Assembly (NCBI RefSeq): GCF_963921235.1
Contig: NC_086097.1
Location: forward strand, 155,808,001-155,872,000
Origin: Mobula hypostoma
Taxonomy: Eukaryota
Direction of reading: 5' to 3'
Length of the DNA: 64,000 nucleotides
Both the position numbers and the translations under genes were made by a program. Below are positions 49,839-62,189 of this stretch, piece after piece (the stretch's first letter is position 1; every line of letters starts with the position of its first letter). The notes beneath the pieces are model-generated. The model did not search any database. It saw only the letters and a program-made list of their open reading frames with translations, and was not told the DNA's origin.

Positions 49839-50309
49839 GTTTAAGGCTACATACACTAAGTCATATGATAGCTACTGGGGAAAAAAAATCCCATATCTCC
49901 ATGGTAACAGACTGAATGACCACCAATGCAAGTGGGGTTGAAAATCATTTTGAAGTAAAATGCATCATGCATGTGAGTAATCTTTAGTTAATCTATATTT
50001 AGTGTGTTAAAAGGACTAGCAGATTAACACTTGTATGAACTATATGAAGTAATATTGAGTTATGTTGCTTTGTAGGTCTTGACGAATTTTATTCAGATAG
50101 TTTCAGGTTCAATTCAGAGAATAGATATCAAATAAACTAGCTGCAGCATGAGTCTTAAATAGTTAGTTTGTTGTTTTAAGACTATATCCCCAAAGTGTTG
50201 ATATTCTATATAGAGAAAAAAATCTTTCTGCATCTACCCTGTTAAATCCTTTCACTCTCTAGAAAGTCTCCTTGTAATTTGCATTCAATCTTTTGATGTT
50301 CATGAGCTT

Positions 50310-50620
50310 GAAAAGCAAAAATACTCAGAAACTGATCATACTTAATGAACAAAGCAGCATCTGTGATGAGAGAAAGAGAGTTAATGATTCTAGCCAATGG
50401 CCTTTCATCAGGATGTAAGGATGAAGAGAATAAAGGGAATGTCCATGGAAGGGAGGAGAACAGGATCATTTTAAATGAAATTAATGATTCAGACTTTTCT
50501 TCTCTCCACCCTTTCCCCCCTCAGCAATGCATATTTGGACTTTTCTCTGATGAAGGGTCATTGACCTGAAACATTAATTCTGCTTCTTTCACCACAGATA
50601 TTGCATGAACTGTTGAGTGT
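50310..50620. mobile_element. Old inverted pair of Penelope termini with degenerate hammerheads
   Basis: Minus CTGATGAAAGGCCATTGGCTAGAATC (~50385-50412) and plus CTGATGAAGGGTCATTGACCTGAAACATT (~50547-50575). Confidence 0.6.
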
Positions 50621-50624
50621 GGCC

Positions 50625-51040
50625 CACTGTTGGTTGAGATTGACCATGGATATTGCGTCCTAGGTACTTACGTTGTTGGAGCAGCGCTGTCTGTCGCTGA
50701 CAAGACCAACGTGAGAGTGGTTGTCTCTGTTGCAATTTTACGTCTATAAATGGTTCTGCTCTGTTGGAGATGCAACATTCCTTTCTATGGACCTGTTTGT
50801 CTTCTGCTGCTTTCAAGAAATTTTCCTTACATGACTTAAAGGTGTTGTTTCAAGGCACTTCTCCATTTGGCACAGTCGGCTGCAAGTTCCTCCTAGAATT
50901 CAACGTTGATGTCCAGCACCTTCATGTCCTGCTTACAGACATCCTTGTAGTGTAGTTGTTGGTAGCCAGTGATTCTCTTGCCTGAAGCTAGCTTACCGCA
51001 GAGGATGTCTTTTGTGATGTGGCCATCCTACATGTGGTCT
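50625..51040 (-). mobile_element. RTE LINE 3' fragment
   Basis: The minus strand translates to DGHITKDILCGKLASGKRITG...YKDVCKQDMKVLDI...LAAD...W, an RTE C-terminus. Confidence 0.75.
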
Positions 51041-51059
51041 TATTTGGATGTATATTCCA

Positions 51060-51815
51060 CTTACCCTTTCCTATCCATGTACCAAGTGTACATTAAATAT
51101 TTTTAATATACCTGCATCAACCACTTCTGCGCACAGCTCGTTGAATATGCATGCTATCCTCTAGGTTAGTGTGGTCTTATGTTCCTATTAAATCTCTCCC
51201 CTCTCAACTTAAACTTATGCCCTCTAACCCTTGATTCCCTGATCCCAGGAAAATGTCTGAGTACCTCCATCCTATCTATGTCCCTTTATGACTGTCTACA
51301 TTTCTATAAGATCGCCCTTTCAGCTTTGTACACTCCAGTGAAAGATGTCCCATGTTGCTGAACATCTCTCCTTTACTCAGTCCCTCAAGTCCCAGCATTT
51401 TCCTCATAAAAGTCCTCTGCAACATTTCCAGTTTAATGGCACCTTTCCTAATGCCAAAGAGACTAAAACTGATGAAGGGCCTCAGCCCGAAATATCAACT
51501 CTTCATTCCTTTCCACAAATGCTGTCTGATTTCCTAAGTTCCTCCTGTATTTTATGTGTGTTCCAGTATTCCAAATGTGGCCTCACCAATATATTCCACA
51601 TTTGGGACAAAACATTCCAATTTCTACACTCAGTGCCCTGTGTGAAGAAGGCCAGCATGTCAAATGCTTTCTTCACTATCCTGTCTGACTGTACTCTTAG
51701 GTCCCTCTGTTCTGTTACACTGTCCAGGGTGGTAGCATTTACTGTGAAAGCTCTTCCCTGGTTTGTCTTCTGAAAATGTATCATCTCACATTTATTCAAG
51801 TTAAACTCCATTGAA
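51060..51815 (-). mobile_element. CR1 fragment with a short PLE-terminus insertion (~51468-51562)
   Basis: MEFNLNKCEMIHF...LVRPHLEY. The insertion reads CTGATGAAGGGCCTCAGCCCGAAATATCAACT...GTGTGTT. Confidence 0.7.
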
Positions 51816-52119
51816 TGAAGGCAAGCAGGATTAACAGACAACTGCTCTCAAGGGAATGGAACCCTTATGTAACCTGAGGGCTGCCTGTACCTCTTCCCCT
51901 GCCACTTCCTATTGACAGTATCATGGAAACACCTGTCATCAAAGACCCAGCCCAGCAGGTACCACAGCAGTTCAGCCAGTCGCACTCCCTCTGTCTTCGC
52001 CCCATGATCCTGAAAAAAATTATAGCTCCGTTTGACTCTACAGTTGAACCTACGACCATCCCTGTCCCCAGCAGTTAGCTCCAAACCCTTCCACTCATTG
52101 AGAACATTGCTTCATCAAA

Positions 52120-53500
52120 GGAACAACTCTCTCCATCACTGAGGATATCTTCGAAAGGTGGCATTCTTCACTAAGGACATGCTCTCTTCTCATTACTACC
52201 ATCAGGAAGGGGTACAAGAGCGTGAAGACCCACACTAAGTAATTTAGGAACAGCTTCTTCCCCTCTGCAATCAGATTTCTGAATGTGCAATGAATCCATG
52301 ACCACTACCTCATTTTTTCTTTTATTTACTCTATTTATTTTGTAATTTATAGTGATTGCATGATCTTTGCACTCTACTGCTAGTATTTTCAGTTTTTATT
52401 TGCTATGAACTTAGAGACTGAATTTCAGTCAGTTTTCGTGAGTAGAGTGGTTAAAAAGGTGCTGGCCTTCATTAGTTGGAGGATAGAATTCAAAAACTAC
52501 AAGGTAATGTTTTAGCTCTGTATTAGTACTCGTGTGATTGTTCACATCGAGTATGATGTTCTCCTAAGTGGTTTTAATGGTTTAATAGGGCACCAAACTG
52601 GAGGTGGGTGGTGCTGAAGACACAGAATAACCTTTTCAAGAGGGGTGAGTGATCATCTCTTTCTGCTCACCGCTACATAGGATCTGGGGAGTAATTAGAA
52701 AATAGACTCTAGCATTCAGGGAGTAACTAGAAAATAGGTCAAGATATTAAGATATATATATATTAATCATTTTCTGTAAAGTTGATTTTAAAAAGGTCTG
52801 ATTAGTTTCTAGCTTCTTCTGAATGCTTTAATCTCCGTGAGCATACCTGAACTGTCCAATAAGAGGCATCTTTTTCCTTGGATGTTTGAGAATGTGTTTT
52901 TCTGGGGTCCATTCTGCCATGATTGATTGACAGAGCAGACTCATCCAGTTATAGAGCATTGTTATTCTACAGGGACATCTTTCTATTCTGAGGCTCTGCT
53001 CTCTGCTCCTAGAATCTCCCACTATAGGAAATATCCTGTACACATTCACTCTATCCAGACTATTCAATAGCCAGTAGGTTCAGTGACATTGACCTCCAGC
53101 CCACTTCCCTCCTATCCTTCTCAATCCTATCAAGTACAGTCCCAGAGACATCAAAGTTTCTCAGACATTGAGGTTTTTATTCCAGGGATTTGTCTTGTAA
53201 ACCTCCTCTGTACCAGCACTTCTTTTCTTGGGAATGGGGCCCAAAAGGGTAAGGAATTTGTACGTTTTTCCTGTGAATGCAGGGGTTTCCTCTGGGTGTT
53301 CTGGTTTCCTCCCACTGCATCCCATTGGATCAGCCATGATGAAATGGCAGAGCAGACTCGATGGGCCAAATGGCTTATTCTGCTCCAATATCTTATGGTC
53401 TTATGGTTATGGGGAGAATGGGGTTTGAGAGGGATAATAAATCAGGCATGATGGAATGGCAGCATGTATTTGATGGGACGAATGGCCTAATTCTGCTGCT
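52120..53500. mobile_element. Patchwork of Rex1 (52120-52385), CR1 and SINE fragments
   Basis: CCATCAGGAAGGGGTACAAGAG (PSGRRY), SLDRVNVYRIFP and two tandem CR1 3'UTRs at 53325-53500. Confidence 0.6.
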
Positions 53501-53504
53501 ATGT

Positions 53505-53950
53505 GTATGGTAGTGGAGAAGGTGATAAGGACAGAGCAGGAGTGCTACATGCTGAAAGCAATGGCACAGGACTGCCATGGAAGCTGGGCAACATGGGAGG
53601 GCAACATCAACAGATTACTCAGCTGTGCTGACCTGTGGAAGGTCCCACAAACCAGACTCAGCTTTCTCATCAGGGCAACCTATGATACCTTGCCCTGCCC
53701 TTGAAATCTTCACCAGTAGTTCAGCAGTGAGGATACCTGCCCGCTATGTGATAGCACCAATGCCATCCTCTAACACATCCTGGCAGGATGCAAGACTGCA
53801 CTGTTCCAAGAGCACTACAGATGGTGGCATGACCAGGTTCTAAAGAAGCTGGCAGAGGTCCTAGAGACCTGCAGGTGAGATGCCGAGAAGTAGCCTTTCC
53901 CCAGCAGGATGACAACTCAATCCCATTTGTTAAGGTTATTAGAGCACTGA
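53505..53950 (+). mobile_element. HERO-like (R2 superclade, restriction-like endonuclease type) non-LTR fragment
   Basis: GSWATWEG...DLWKVPQTRLSFLIRATYDTLPCP*NLHQ...CPLC...HILAGC...YRWWHDQVLKKLAEVLE, a CCHC knuckle plus RHD-like motif, with stops. Confidence 0.8.
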
Positions 53951-54244
53951 ATGCACCTGGCTGAGAGCTCCTTCAGGACTCCTCTCCGGGGGGGGGGGGG
54001 GGAGTGAACATGAAGGCAGATCTCTGCAGTTGCATTGCAGTTGGTGCGGCGACACCGGGAGTATCTGGTGACCCTGTCATACCTGTCTTGGAGGCTAATT
54101 CCAGAACATCTTTCAAGAGGATGAACCCTTGCAAGGATGATATGAAATTATATGTCACTTCAGCAGTAAAGCCAAAACTATTAATTCAAATAGTAGAACT
54201 ATTTTCTAATATTCTAATTTTCTAATAGCTTTGTGAAGGGCAGA

Positions 54245-54777
54245 TAGTCATAGTCATAGTCATACTTTATTGATCCTGAGGGAAATTGGTTTTCATTATA
54301 GTTGCACCATAAATAATTAAATAGTAATAAAACTATAAATAGTTAGATAGTAATATGTAAATTATGCCAGGAAATAAGTCCAGGACCAGCCTATTGGCTC
54401 AGGGTGTCTGACCATCCAAGGGAGGAGTTGTAAAGTTTGATGGCCACAGGCAGGAATAACTTCCTGTGACGCTCAGTGTTGCATCTCGGTGGAATGATTC
54501 TCTGGCTGAATGTACTCCTGTGTCCAACCAGTCCATTATGTAGTGGATGGGAGACATTGTCCAAGATGGCATGCAACTTGGACAGCATCCTCTTTTCAGA
54601 CACCACCGTCAGAGAGTCCAGTTCCATCCCCACAACGTCACTGGCCTTACAAATGAGTTTGTTGATTCTGTTGGTGTCTGCTACCCTCAGCCTGCTGCCC
54701 CAGCACACAACAGTAAACATGATCGCACTGGCCACCACAGACTCGTAGAACATCCTCAGCATCGTCTGACAGATGTT
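54245..54777 (-). mobile_element. Rex1/Babar 3' fragment (distinct subfamily)
   Basis: MFYESVVASAIMFTVVCWG...HPLH...FLPVAIKLYNSS and a (GACTAT)n tail. Confidence 0.85.
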
Positions 54778-56015
54778 AGATCGTGTCTAACAAGCCTGAT
54801 AGAGTTCTTTGAGGAGGTGACCAGGCATATAGATGAGGGTAGTGTGGTGGATATGATCTACATGGATTTTAGTAAGGCATTTGGCAAGGTTCCACATGGT
54901 AGGCTTATTCAGAAAGTCAGAAGGCATGGGATCCAGGGAAGTTTGGCCAGGTGGATTCAGAATTGGCTTGCCTGCAGAAGGCAGAGGGTGGTGGTGGAGG
55001 GAATACATTTGGATTGGAGGGTTGTGACTAATGGTGTCCCACAAGGATCTGTTCTGGGACCTTTACTTTTTGTGATTTTTATTAACGACCTGGATGTGCG
55101 GGTGGAAGGGTGGGTTGGCAAGTTTGAAGACAACACAAAGGTTAGTGGTGTTGTAGGTAGTGTAGAGGATTGTCGAAGATTGCAGAGAGACATTGATAGG
55201 ATGCAGAAGTGGGCTGAGTAGTGGCAGATGGAGTTCAACCCAGAGAAGTGTAAGGTGGTACACTTTGGAAGGACAATCTCCTAGGCAGAGTACAAAGTAA
55301 ATGGCAGGATACTTGGTAGTGTGGAGGAGCAGAGGGATCTGGGGGTACATGTCCACAGATCCCTGAAAGTTGCCTCAGAGGTAGATAGGGTAGTTAAGAA
55401 AGCTTATGGGGTGTTAGCTTTCATAAATCGAGGGATAGAGGTTAAGAGTCGCGAGGTAATGATGCAGCTCTATAAAACTCTGGTTAGGCCATACTTGGAG
55501 TACTGTGTCCAGTTCTGGTTGCCTCACCATAGGAAGGATGTGGAAGCATTGGAAAGGGTACAGAGCAGATTTACCAGGATGCTGCCTGGTTTAGAGAGTA
55601 TGGATTATGATCAGAGATTAAGGGAGCTAGGGCTTTACTCTTTGGAGAGAAGAAGGACATGATAGAGGTGTACAAGATAATAAGAGGAATAGATAGAGTG
55701 CATAGCCAGCACCTCTTCCCCAGGGCACCACTGCTCAATACAAGAGGGCGTGGCTTTAAGGTAAGGGGTGGGAAGTTCACAGGGGTATTAGAGGAAGGTT
55801 TTTTACTCAGAGAGTGGTGGTCCATGGAATGCACTGCCTGAGTCAGTGGTGGAGGCAGCTACACTAGTGAAGTTTACGAGACTACTAGACAGGTATATGG
55901 AGGTAATTAAGGTGGGGGGTTATATGGGAAGCAGGGTTTGAGGGTCGACACAATGTTGTGGGCTGAAGGACCTGTACTGTGCTGTACCATTCTATCTATC
56001 TATATCTATCTATCT
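54778..56015 (+). mobile_element. CR1 3' 1.2 kb
   Basis: RSCLTSLIEFFE, YMDFSKAF, GVPQGSVLGP and LVRPYLEYCVQFW, with a (TCTA)n tail. Confidence 0.93.
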
Positions 56016-56019
56016 AAAG

Positions 56020-57460
56020 ATAAGAACATGAACTTTCGAATCAATGAGAGCAGAACATTAAACATAAGGAAAGGTGCAACAGAGTTAGTAGAATATAAAA
56101 CAGAGCAGCAGGGTACAATACAACTGATGGATGAATGTGAAACATGTAAGTATCTGGGATACCAACAAACAAACAAAATAGACCAGAGTATGATAAAGGG
56201 AAAACTTTCCATAGAATTTACTTCAACGCTTAAGAAAATCTGCCAAACAGAGCTCAATAGTAAAAATATAACAAAGGCAATAGACACTTCCATTGTACCC
56301 ATATTAACATATTCTTTTGGCATAGTATCTTGGTCTGAAACTGATCTGGAAAATTTACAAAGCAAAATAAGAACTGAAATTACAAATTTTAGAAAACACT
56401 ATGTACGCTTGAACAAGCTTAGATTAACAAAAGGAGGAAGAGGAATAACAGACATAAAAAATCTACATGACAGATAAAACTTCTAAGAATATATTTGCAT
56501 CAATGGAAACAGGAATCAGCACTCCATACTATCATCTGCAATTCTGATAAGATGTATGCACCACTCAACTTAAATGAGAGCACAGCACAGAAAAATGAAG
56601 ACATTATCACTATTGAAGAAAGTTAAACAATGAAAGACCGTGACCCTACATAGAAGACGTCCCCAAGATCTGAGCAGACTAGATGTCAAGAAGGAAGTGT
56701 AGAATGCTGGGTTCAGATTTGGAGACCTTTTTCCAGACATAGAAAGGTTCCTTGTGGCAATACAGGACACGGTGGTCAACACAAAAAAATTACAAATACA
56801 TAATAAAAGACCAACAAATTCAAGATGATAAATGCAGAAAATGCCAAGAGAAACCAGGATCAATCTAACACATTGCAGGATCCTGCAGCAGTTTAACTCC
56901 ATCTGGTTATATACACAGGCACAATCAAGTAGCAAACATCATTCACCTAATTTTGCTTTAAAATACAAACTCATAAAAGACATCATACCTTACTATAAAT
57001 ACAAGCCTAACCCAGTGTTAGAATCAGAGTTTCACAAATTATGATATGACCAAACCGTTATTACAGATAGGACAATCCATAATAACTATCCAAATATAAT
57101 AATACAGAATAAACAAGCAAGAACATCTTACTTAATAGATATAGCTATTCCAAATGCACATAACATACAGAAATTAATGTGAAAAACACCAGAAATATGC
57201 AGAATTAAAAGATGAAACTGAAAGACTATTGTACATGAACAGTGTACACATTGTCCCAATAGTAATATCTACAACTTGTATCATCACAAAGTCACTATAC
57301 AATAGCATTAAACTATTGTGTCTATACAGCAATATTCATATAAATCTCTAGAAAGTCACAATAATAAACACGACTAGAATAGTCTGAAAGCTCCAAGCAA
57401 TTGAGAAATGAATGCACTTGACTATGCCCGTAACTCAGGTTTTCCTAGCTTGAGCTGAGG
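56020..57460 (+). mobile_element. R4/Dong-like non-LTR retrotransposon 3' portion
   Basis: KYLG...LNSKNITKAI...PILTYSFGIVSW, GGRGI, FLVAIQD, CRKC knuckle, ITDRTI...YLIDIAIP (restriction-like endonuclease). Ends at (TAA)n. Confidence 0.85.
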
Positions 57461-57489
57461 AAAAAATAAATAATAATAATAAAGAGACA

Positions 57490-57607
57490 TTCCTTGTGGC
57501 AATATGGGACCAGATGGTTAACACAAAAAAAAATCAAAGAATGTAATAAAAGATCAACAAATTCAAGACTTAAATGCAGAAAATGCCAAGAGGAAACAGA
57601 AACAATC
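57490..57607 (+). mobile_element. Second internal Dong-like fragment between (TAA)n tracts
   Basis: Diverged homolog of 56748-56865 (TTCCTTGTGGCAATA...AAATGCAGAAAATGCCAAGAG). Confidence 0.75.
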
Positions 57608-57609
57608 CG

Positions 57610-58140
57610 ATAATAATAATAATAATAAAAATAAATGAACAATACATATCAGGAACATGAGATGAAGAGTTCCTGAAAGTGACTCCGTAGGCTGTAGGAA
57701 CAATTCAGTGATGGAGTGAGCGAATTTAACTGAAGTTATCCCCTCGGGTTCAAGAGCCTGATGGTTGAGGGGTAATAACTGTTCCTGAACCTGATGGTGT
57801 CGGTTCTGAGGCTCCTGTACCACCTTCCTGAAGGCAGCAACGAGAAGTAAACAAACTGGGTGGTGGGGGTCTCTGATGATGGATGCTGCTTTCCTGTGAC
57901 AGCGATTGGTATAGATAGGGTCAGTGGTGTGGAAAACTTTACCCGTGATGGACTGCACTGCATCCACTAATTGTTGTATGAATTTCCACTCAAGGGCATT
58001 GGTGCTTCCATACCAGGCTCTCATGCAGCCAATCAATATACTCTCCACCACCCATCTATAGAACTTTGTCTATATTTCCAAACTTATATGAAAGTAGAGG
58101 CACTGTTGTGTTTTCTTCATAATTCTACTTGCATACTGGG
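57610..58140 (-). mobile_element. Rex1/Babar 3' fragment
   Basis: VESILIGCMRAWYG...LLPSGRWYRSLRTDTIRFRNSYYP. Confidence 0.8.
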
Positions 58141-58306
58141 CCCAGCTGTGTGAATTGATAACACTAAGGAATTTAAAGTTGTGAACCTCTCCACAAGTAT
58201 TGTTGTTTTTTGTGCATTAGTTGTTGGGTGTGGTCTTTCATTCGTTCTACTGGCTTTCTTGTATTTACTGTGATTGCCTGAAAGAAAAGGAATCTTAGGG
58301 TTGTAT

Positions 58307-59195
58307 TGAATTGAATTGACTTTATTTCTTACATCCTTCAAATTCATGAGTAAAAAATCATTACATTATGTCTCTGTCTGAATGAGCAATGTACAAATTA
58401 TAGTAATTTGTAATAAACAGCATGTACAGTAAGATGTACAACAGAACAGTCAATATAGCTTAGAAGTACAATTGTGTCAGTGTGGATTAATCAGTCTGAT
58501 GGCCTGGTAGAAGAAGCTGTCCCGGAGTCTTTTGGTCCTGGCTTTAATGCTGTGGTACCGTTTCCCGGTTGGTAGTAGCCTGAACAGTTTGTGGTTGTGG
58601 TGACTTGGGACCCCAATGATCTGTCAGGCCCTTTTTACACACCTGTCTTTGTAAATGTCCTGAATAGTGTGAAGTGCACATCTACAGATGTGCAGGGCTG
58701 TCCGCACCACTCTCTGCAGAGTCCTGTGAATGAGGGAAGTACAGTTCCCATACCAGGCAGTGATGCAGCCAGTCAGGATGCTCTCAATTGTGCCCCTGTA
58801 GAAAGTCCTTAGGATTTCAGGGCTCATGCCAAAGTTCTTCAACCATCTGAGGTGAAAGAGGTGCTGTTCTGCTTTTTTCAACACACAGCTGGTATGTACA
58901 GACCAAGTGAGGTCCTTGGTGATGTGAACACCAAGGAACTTGAAGCTGTTCACCCTTTCGACCCCAGATCCTTTGATGTCAATAGGGGTGAGCCTGTCTC
59001 CATTTCTTCTGTAGTCCACAACCAGCTCCTTTGTTTTTGTGACATTAGGGGAGAGGTTGTTTTCTTGACACCACTGTGTCAGGGTGATGACTTCTTTTCT
59101 GTAGGCTGCTTTGTTATTATTTGAGATAATGCCAATCAATGTATCAACTGCAAATTTAAATTAGCAGATTGGAGCTGTGAGTGGTGACACAGTCA
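58307..59195 (-). mobile_element. Rex1/Babar 3' 0.9 kb
   Basis: WCQENNLSPNVTKTKELVVDYR...FKFLG...ESILTGCITAWYG. (TTGAA)n tail and TGTAT TSD, within another Rex1 tail. Confidence 0.88.
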
Positions 59196-59289
59196 TGTAT
59201 ATGGTGACACACAGTATATGTACTTTGAAAATAAATTTACTTTGAACTTTGTCTTCTACCATCAAGCCAATTGTGCACGCTAATTGACG

Positions 59290-60660
59290 AGAACATAGAA
59301 CAGTACAGCATAATATATGCCCTTTGGGCCATGATGTTGTGCCAACTTTTTAACCAACTCCAAGATCAGCCTAACCCTTTCCCTTCCACATAGCCCTCCA
59401 TTCTTTTACCATTCATGTGCCTATCTAAGAGTCTTTTAAATGTCCCTATTGCCCAATCCACAACCCCTGGCATTTCACACTCCGTTCAAAACCAAACTTG
59501 GGCATCACTTTAAAAGTATGTCCTCTCATACTAGCCATTACCATCCTAGGGAAAAGGTATTGGCTATCCACTCTGTGCCTGTGGACCCCTATCAAGTCTC
59601 TTCTCATTCTCCTTTGCTCAAAGACAAAAGCCCCAGCTCACTCAACTTTTCCTCATAAGACATGCTCTCTAATCCAGGCAGCATCCTGTTGTATCTCCTC
59701 TGCACCCTTTCTAATACTTCCACACCCTTTTATTTATGAGGCAACCAGAACTGAACACAATACTCGAAGTGTGGTTTGACCAAAGTTTTATCGAGCTGCA
59801 GAATTATCTCGCAGCCCTTGAGTTCAATCCCCCAACTAATGAAGGCCAACACACTATATGTTTTGTTAACCACCTTTCATAGCAAATTTTTGGGATTGAT
59901 GGCTATCCCTGAAACCCATATTATCTACCCCGTCAGATCTGCCAACCATGCGGTACATTGTCAAGGGCCTCCGTAAGGTCCATGTAGACAACTTCTATGC
60001 ATGCTCACTTCTAACCAATACTGAACTCTGAAGTAAAAAAAAACAAAGCTGCTGGAGGAACTTGGTGAACCCTGAGGAGTGTTGTAGAACAGAAGGACCT
60101 GCTCTAATGCATAGGACCTGTTCTAATGCATCAACTACCTCTGCAGTCTCCTCATCTACTGCCCTGTGGCACAGGCTATGTCACTGAAGACTCTAGCAAA
60201 TTTCTACCTATACACCATAGAGAGCATTTTGACTGGTTGCATCACAGCCTAGTACGGAGGCCCCAATGCACAGGACTGGAAAACGCTGCAGAGGATTGCA
60301 AACTCCATAATGGACACTAGCCTCCCCACCATTGAAGACATACTGAATAGGGGATGCCTCAGGAAAGCAGCATCATCCCCCACCCAGGATATGCCCCATT
60401 CTCATTACCACCATCAGGAAGGAGGTACAGGAGCATGAAGATCCACACTCAACCTTTTAGGAGCTGTTTTTCCCCTTCACCATCAGATTTCTGAATGGTC
60501 CATGAACACTACCTCATTTTTTTCTCTCTTTTTGAACTACTTACTTTTTAAATATCTCACTGTAACTTATAGTATATTTTATGTATTGCACTCTACTGCT
60601 GCTGAAAAGCAACTAATTTCATGAAATACTTATGACACTGATAGTTAATCCGATTCTGTA
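59290..60660. mobile_element. CR1 fragment (minus, 59290-60000) and Rex1 fragment (plus, 60170-60660)
   Basis: GAACATAGAAC tail with CR1 motifs, then GAGAGCATTTTGACTGGTTGCATC (ESILTGCI). Confidence 0.7.
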
Positions 60661-61227
60661 TTTCATCTATTGGTCTAATTTCCCTTATTTTTTTCCCTCA
60701 TTCCCTCCCTCCCCCCCCCCACCTCTCTCTCAGTATTAACTAATTTGAAGTTCTACACTGTCATTAGATCTTCAATTCCTCTCTCTTTCTGCTGCATCAT
60801 TTGCATTTTTTGATCATAAATGCAAAATATCTTTAAATGTCCATTCCTACTTTGGCCATTGTGAGTTTTGTTTGTTATCCTGTCCATGGGACTCATATTT
60901 CTGCTGTTTCACTCCCTTGTACTTGCAGAAGCTTTCACAAGCAATCTTTAAAGCAGTGATTGTTGCCAATGTACTCTCCTAAATTATCTTCTCCTGTTTC
61001 ATTTCTCAGCTTCACTGACTTGCTGGCAACAAGCTTTTATTTCAATCTAGTGTTATTTTAACCTCACTCATTGGTTACAGATGAACAACTTCCTTTGGGA
61101 TCTTTTATCTATCAATAGAATGCACATTCATTGGGAACAGTGAAACATTAAATACTAACCACTTTCCATCTACACAATAAATATAAAAAATTTCTAATTC
61201 CACCTTGCATAATTCATTTCTTGAAAC

Positions 61228-62114
61228 TGTTACATGCCTCAAGGAGATCTGTGATTTTTTTTGTGAGAATGATGTAATGGTCTTTTGGAGGTCACCTGAC
61301 TTAATTTTCCCGCCGATGTGAGGTCACGTGATGACATGTGCACCATGCGTATACAAGGGTAGACCCCAGATGACGCAGTTAGTTTTTAGTTTTTAGATTT
61401 CCAGGTAGAACGTGCTGTGTCTCCGTTTCTATTGCGTGATTGTTTTTCTGACGCAGTTTCATTTTTGAAACAGTTGTGCGTTCTGTTGCAAGGTACAATA
61501 TTCCTGGACTGGAAATTTTTGCTAGATGTGTTGATGTACCTTATTCCAGCAGCAGTAGAAGAGAGAGTGAAGACTTTATCGAAGTACAGAACCCGAAGGA
61601 TTGAGAGGGGTCAGTATCGTTTGGCAGTTTGACAAAGGATCGACCTTATTGAGCCTTCGTTGAAGGAGTAGCGACCTGCATCGCAGATAACTCTTGCCAA
61701 AAGACTAAAGAGTTCATGCAAAGGTTTGCTCTCTCTAAAAGAAATTAAGGTCAGTTATTTTAAACTGTTTATTTAGTGCATCGTGTATCCTGTGGACAGA
61801 ACCAGCAGGAAAGTCATGTCTATGAAAAAATCCTTCTCCAGAAAAGTCTTTCGCAATTGAATGTATAAATCTGTTGGACTTTCGAATATACCATTTTAAG
61901 AACTATATCTGACCTTATCGCTTTAAGAACTGATTTCGCATTTACCACTTTAAGAACTAGTGCCGAGTGACGATTTGTTAAACAGCTGTATAACGGTTAA
62001 CTTCCGGTTAAAGTTTTCTTTTGTTCGTTTATTGTTTATCCGTGTTAAATAAATGTTTGGTTGTTTTTATATAACCTGTCTTGATTGAAATTCATTGTTG
62101 CCAGTTACATAACA
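61228..62114 (+). mobile_element. Solo LTR (887 bp), same family as 29121-29997
   Basis: Termini TGTTAC...ATAACA, TSD AAAC/AAGC (3/4 match), AATAAA at ~62048. Collinear reverse complement of the first copy. Confidence 0.85.
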
Positions 62115-62189
62115 AAGCAACATAATTGCCTTCATTCAAAATTCAAAACTCTAGGTTCTTCAAGCTGTATACTAAACCAAACCACACAA

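Noticed and set aside
60094..60131. 19-bp tandem duplication AGGACCTG(C/T)TCTAATGCAT
   Set aside because: An ordinary local slippage or repair duplication.
29121..62114. One 33-kb element bounded by long terminal inverted repeats (Polinton-like)
   Set aside because: Each repeat has TG..CA ends and its own 4-bp TSD, and the interior holds only ordinary host DNA and unrelated repeats.
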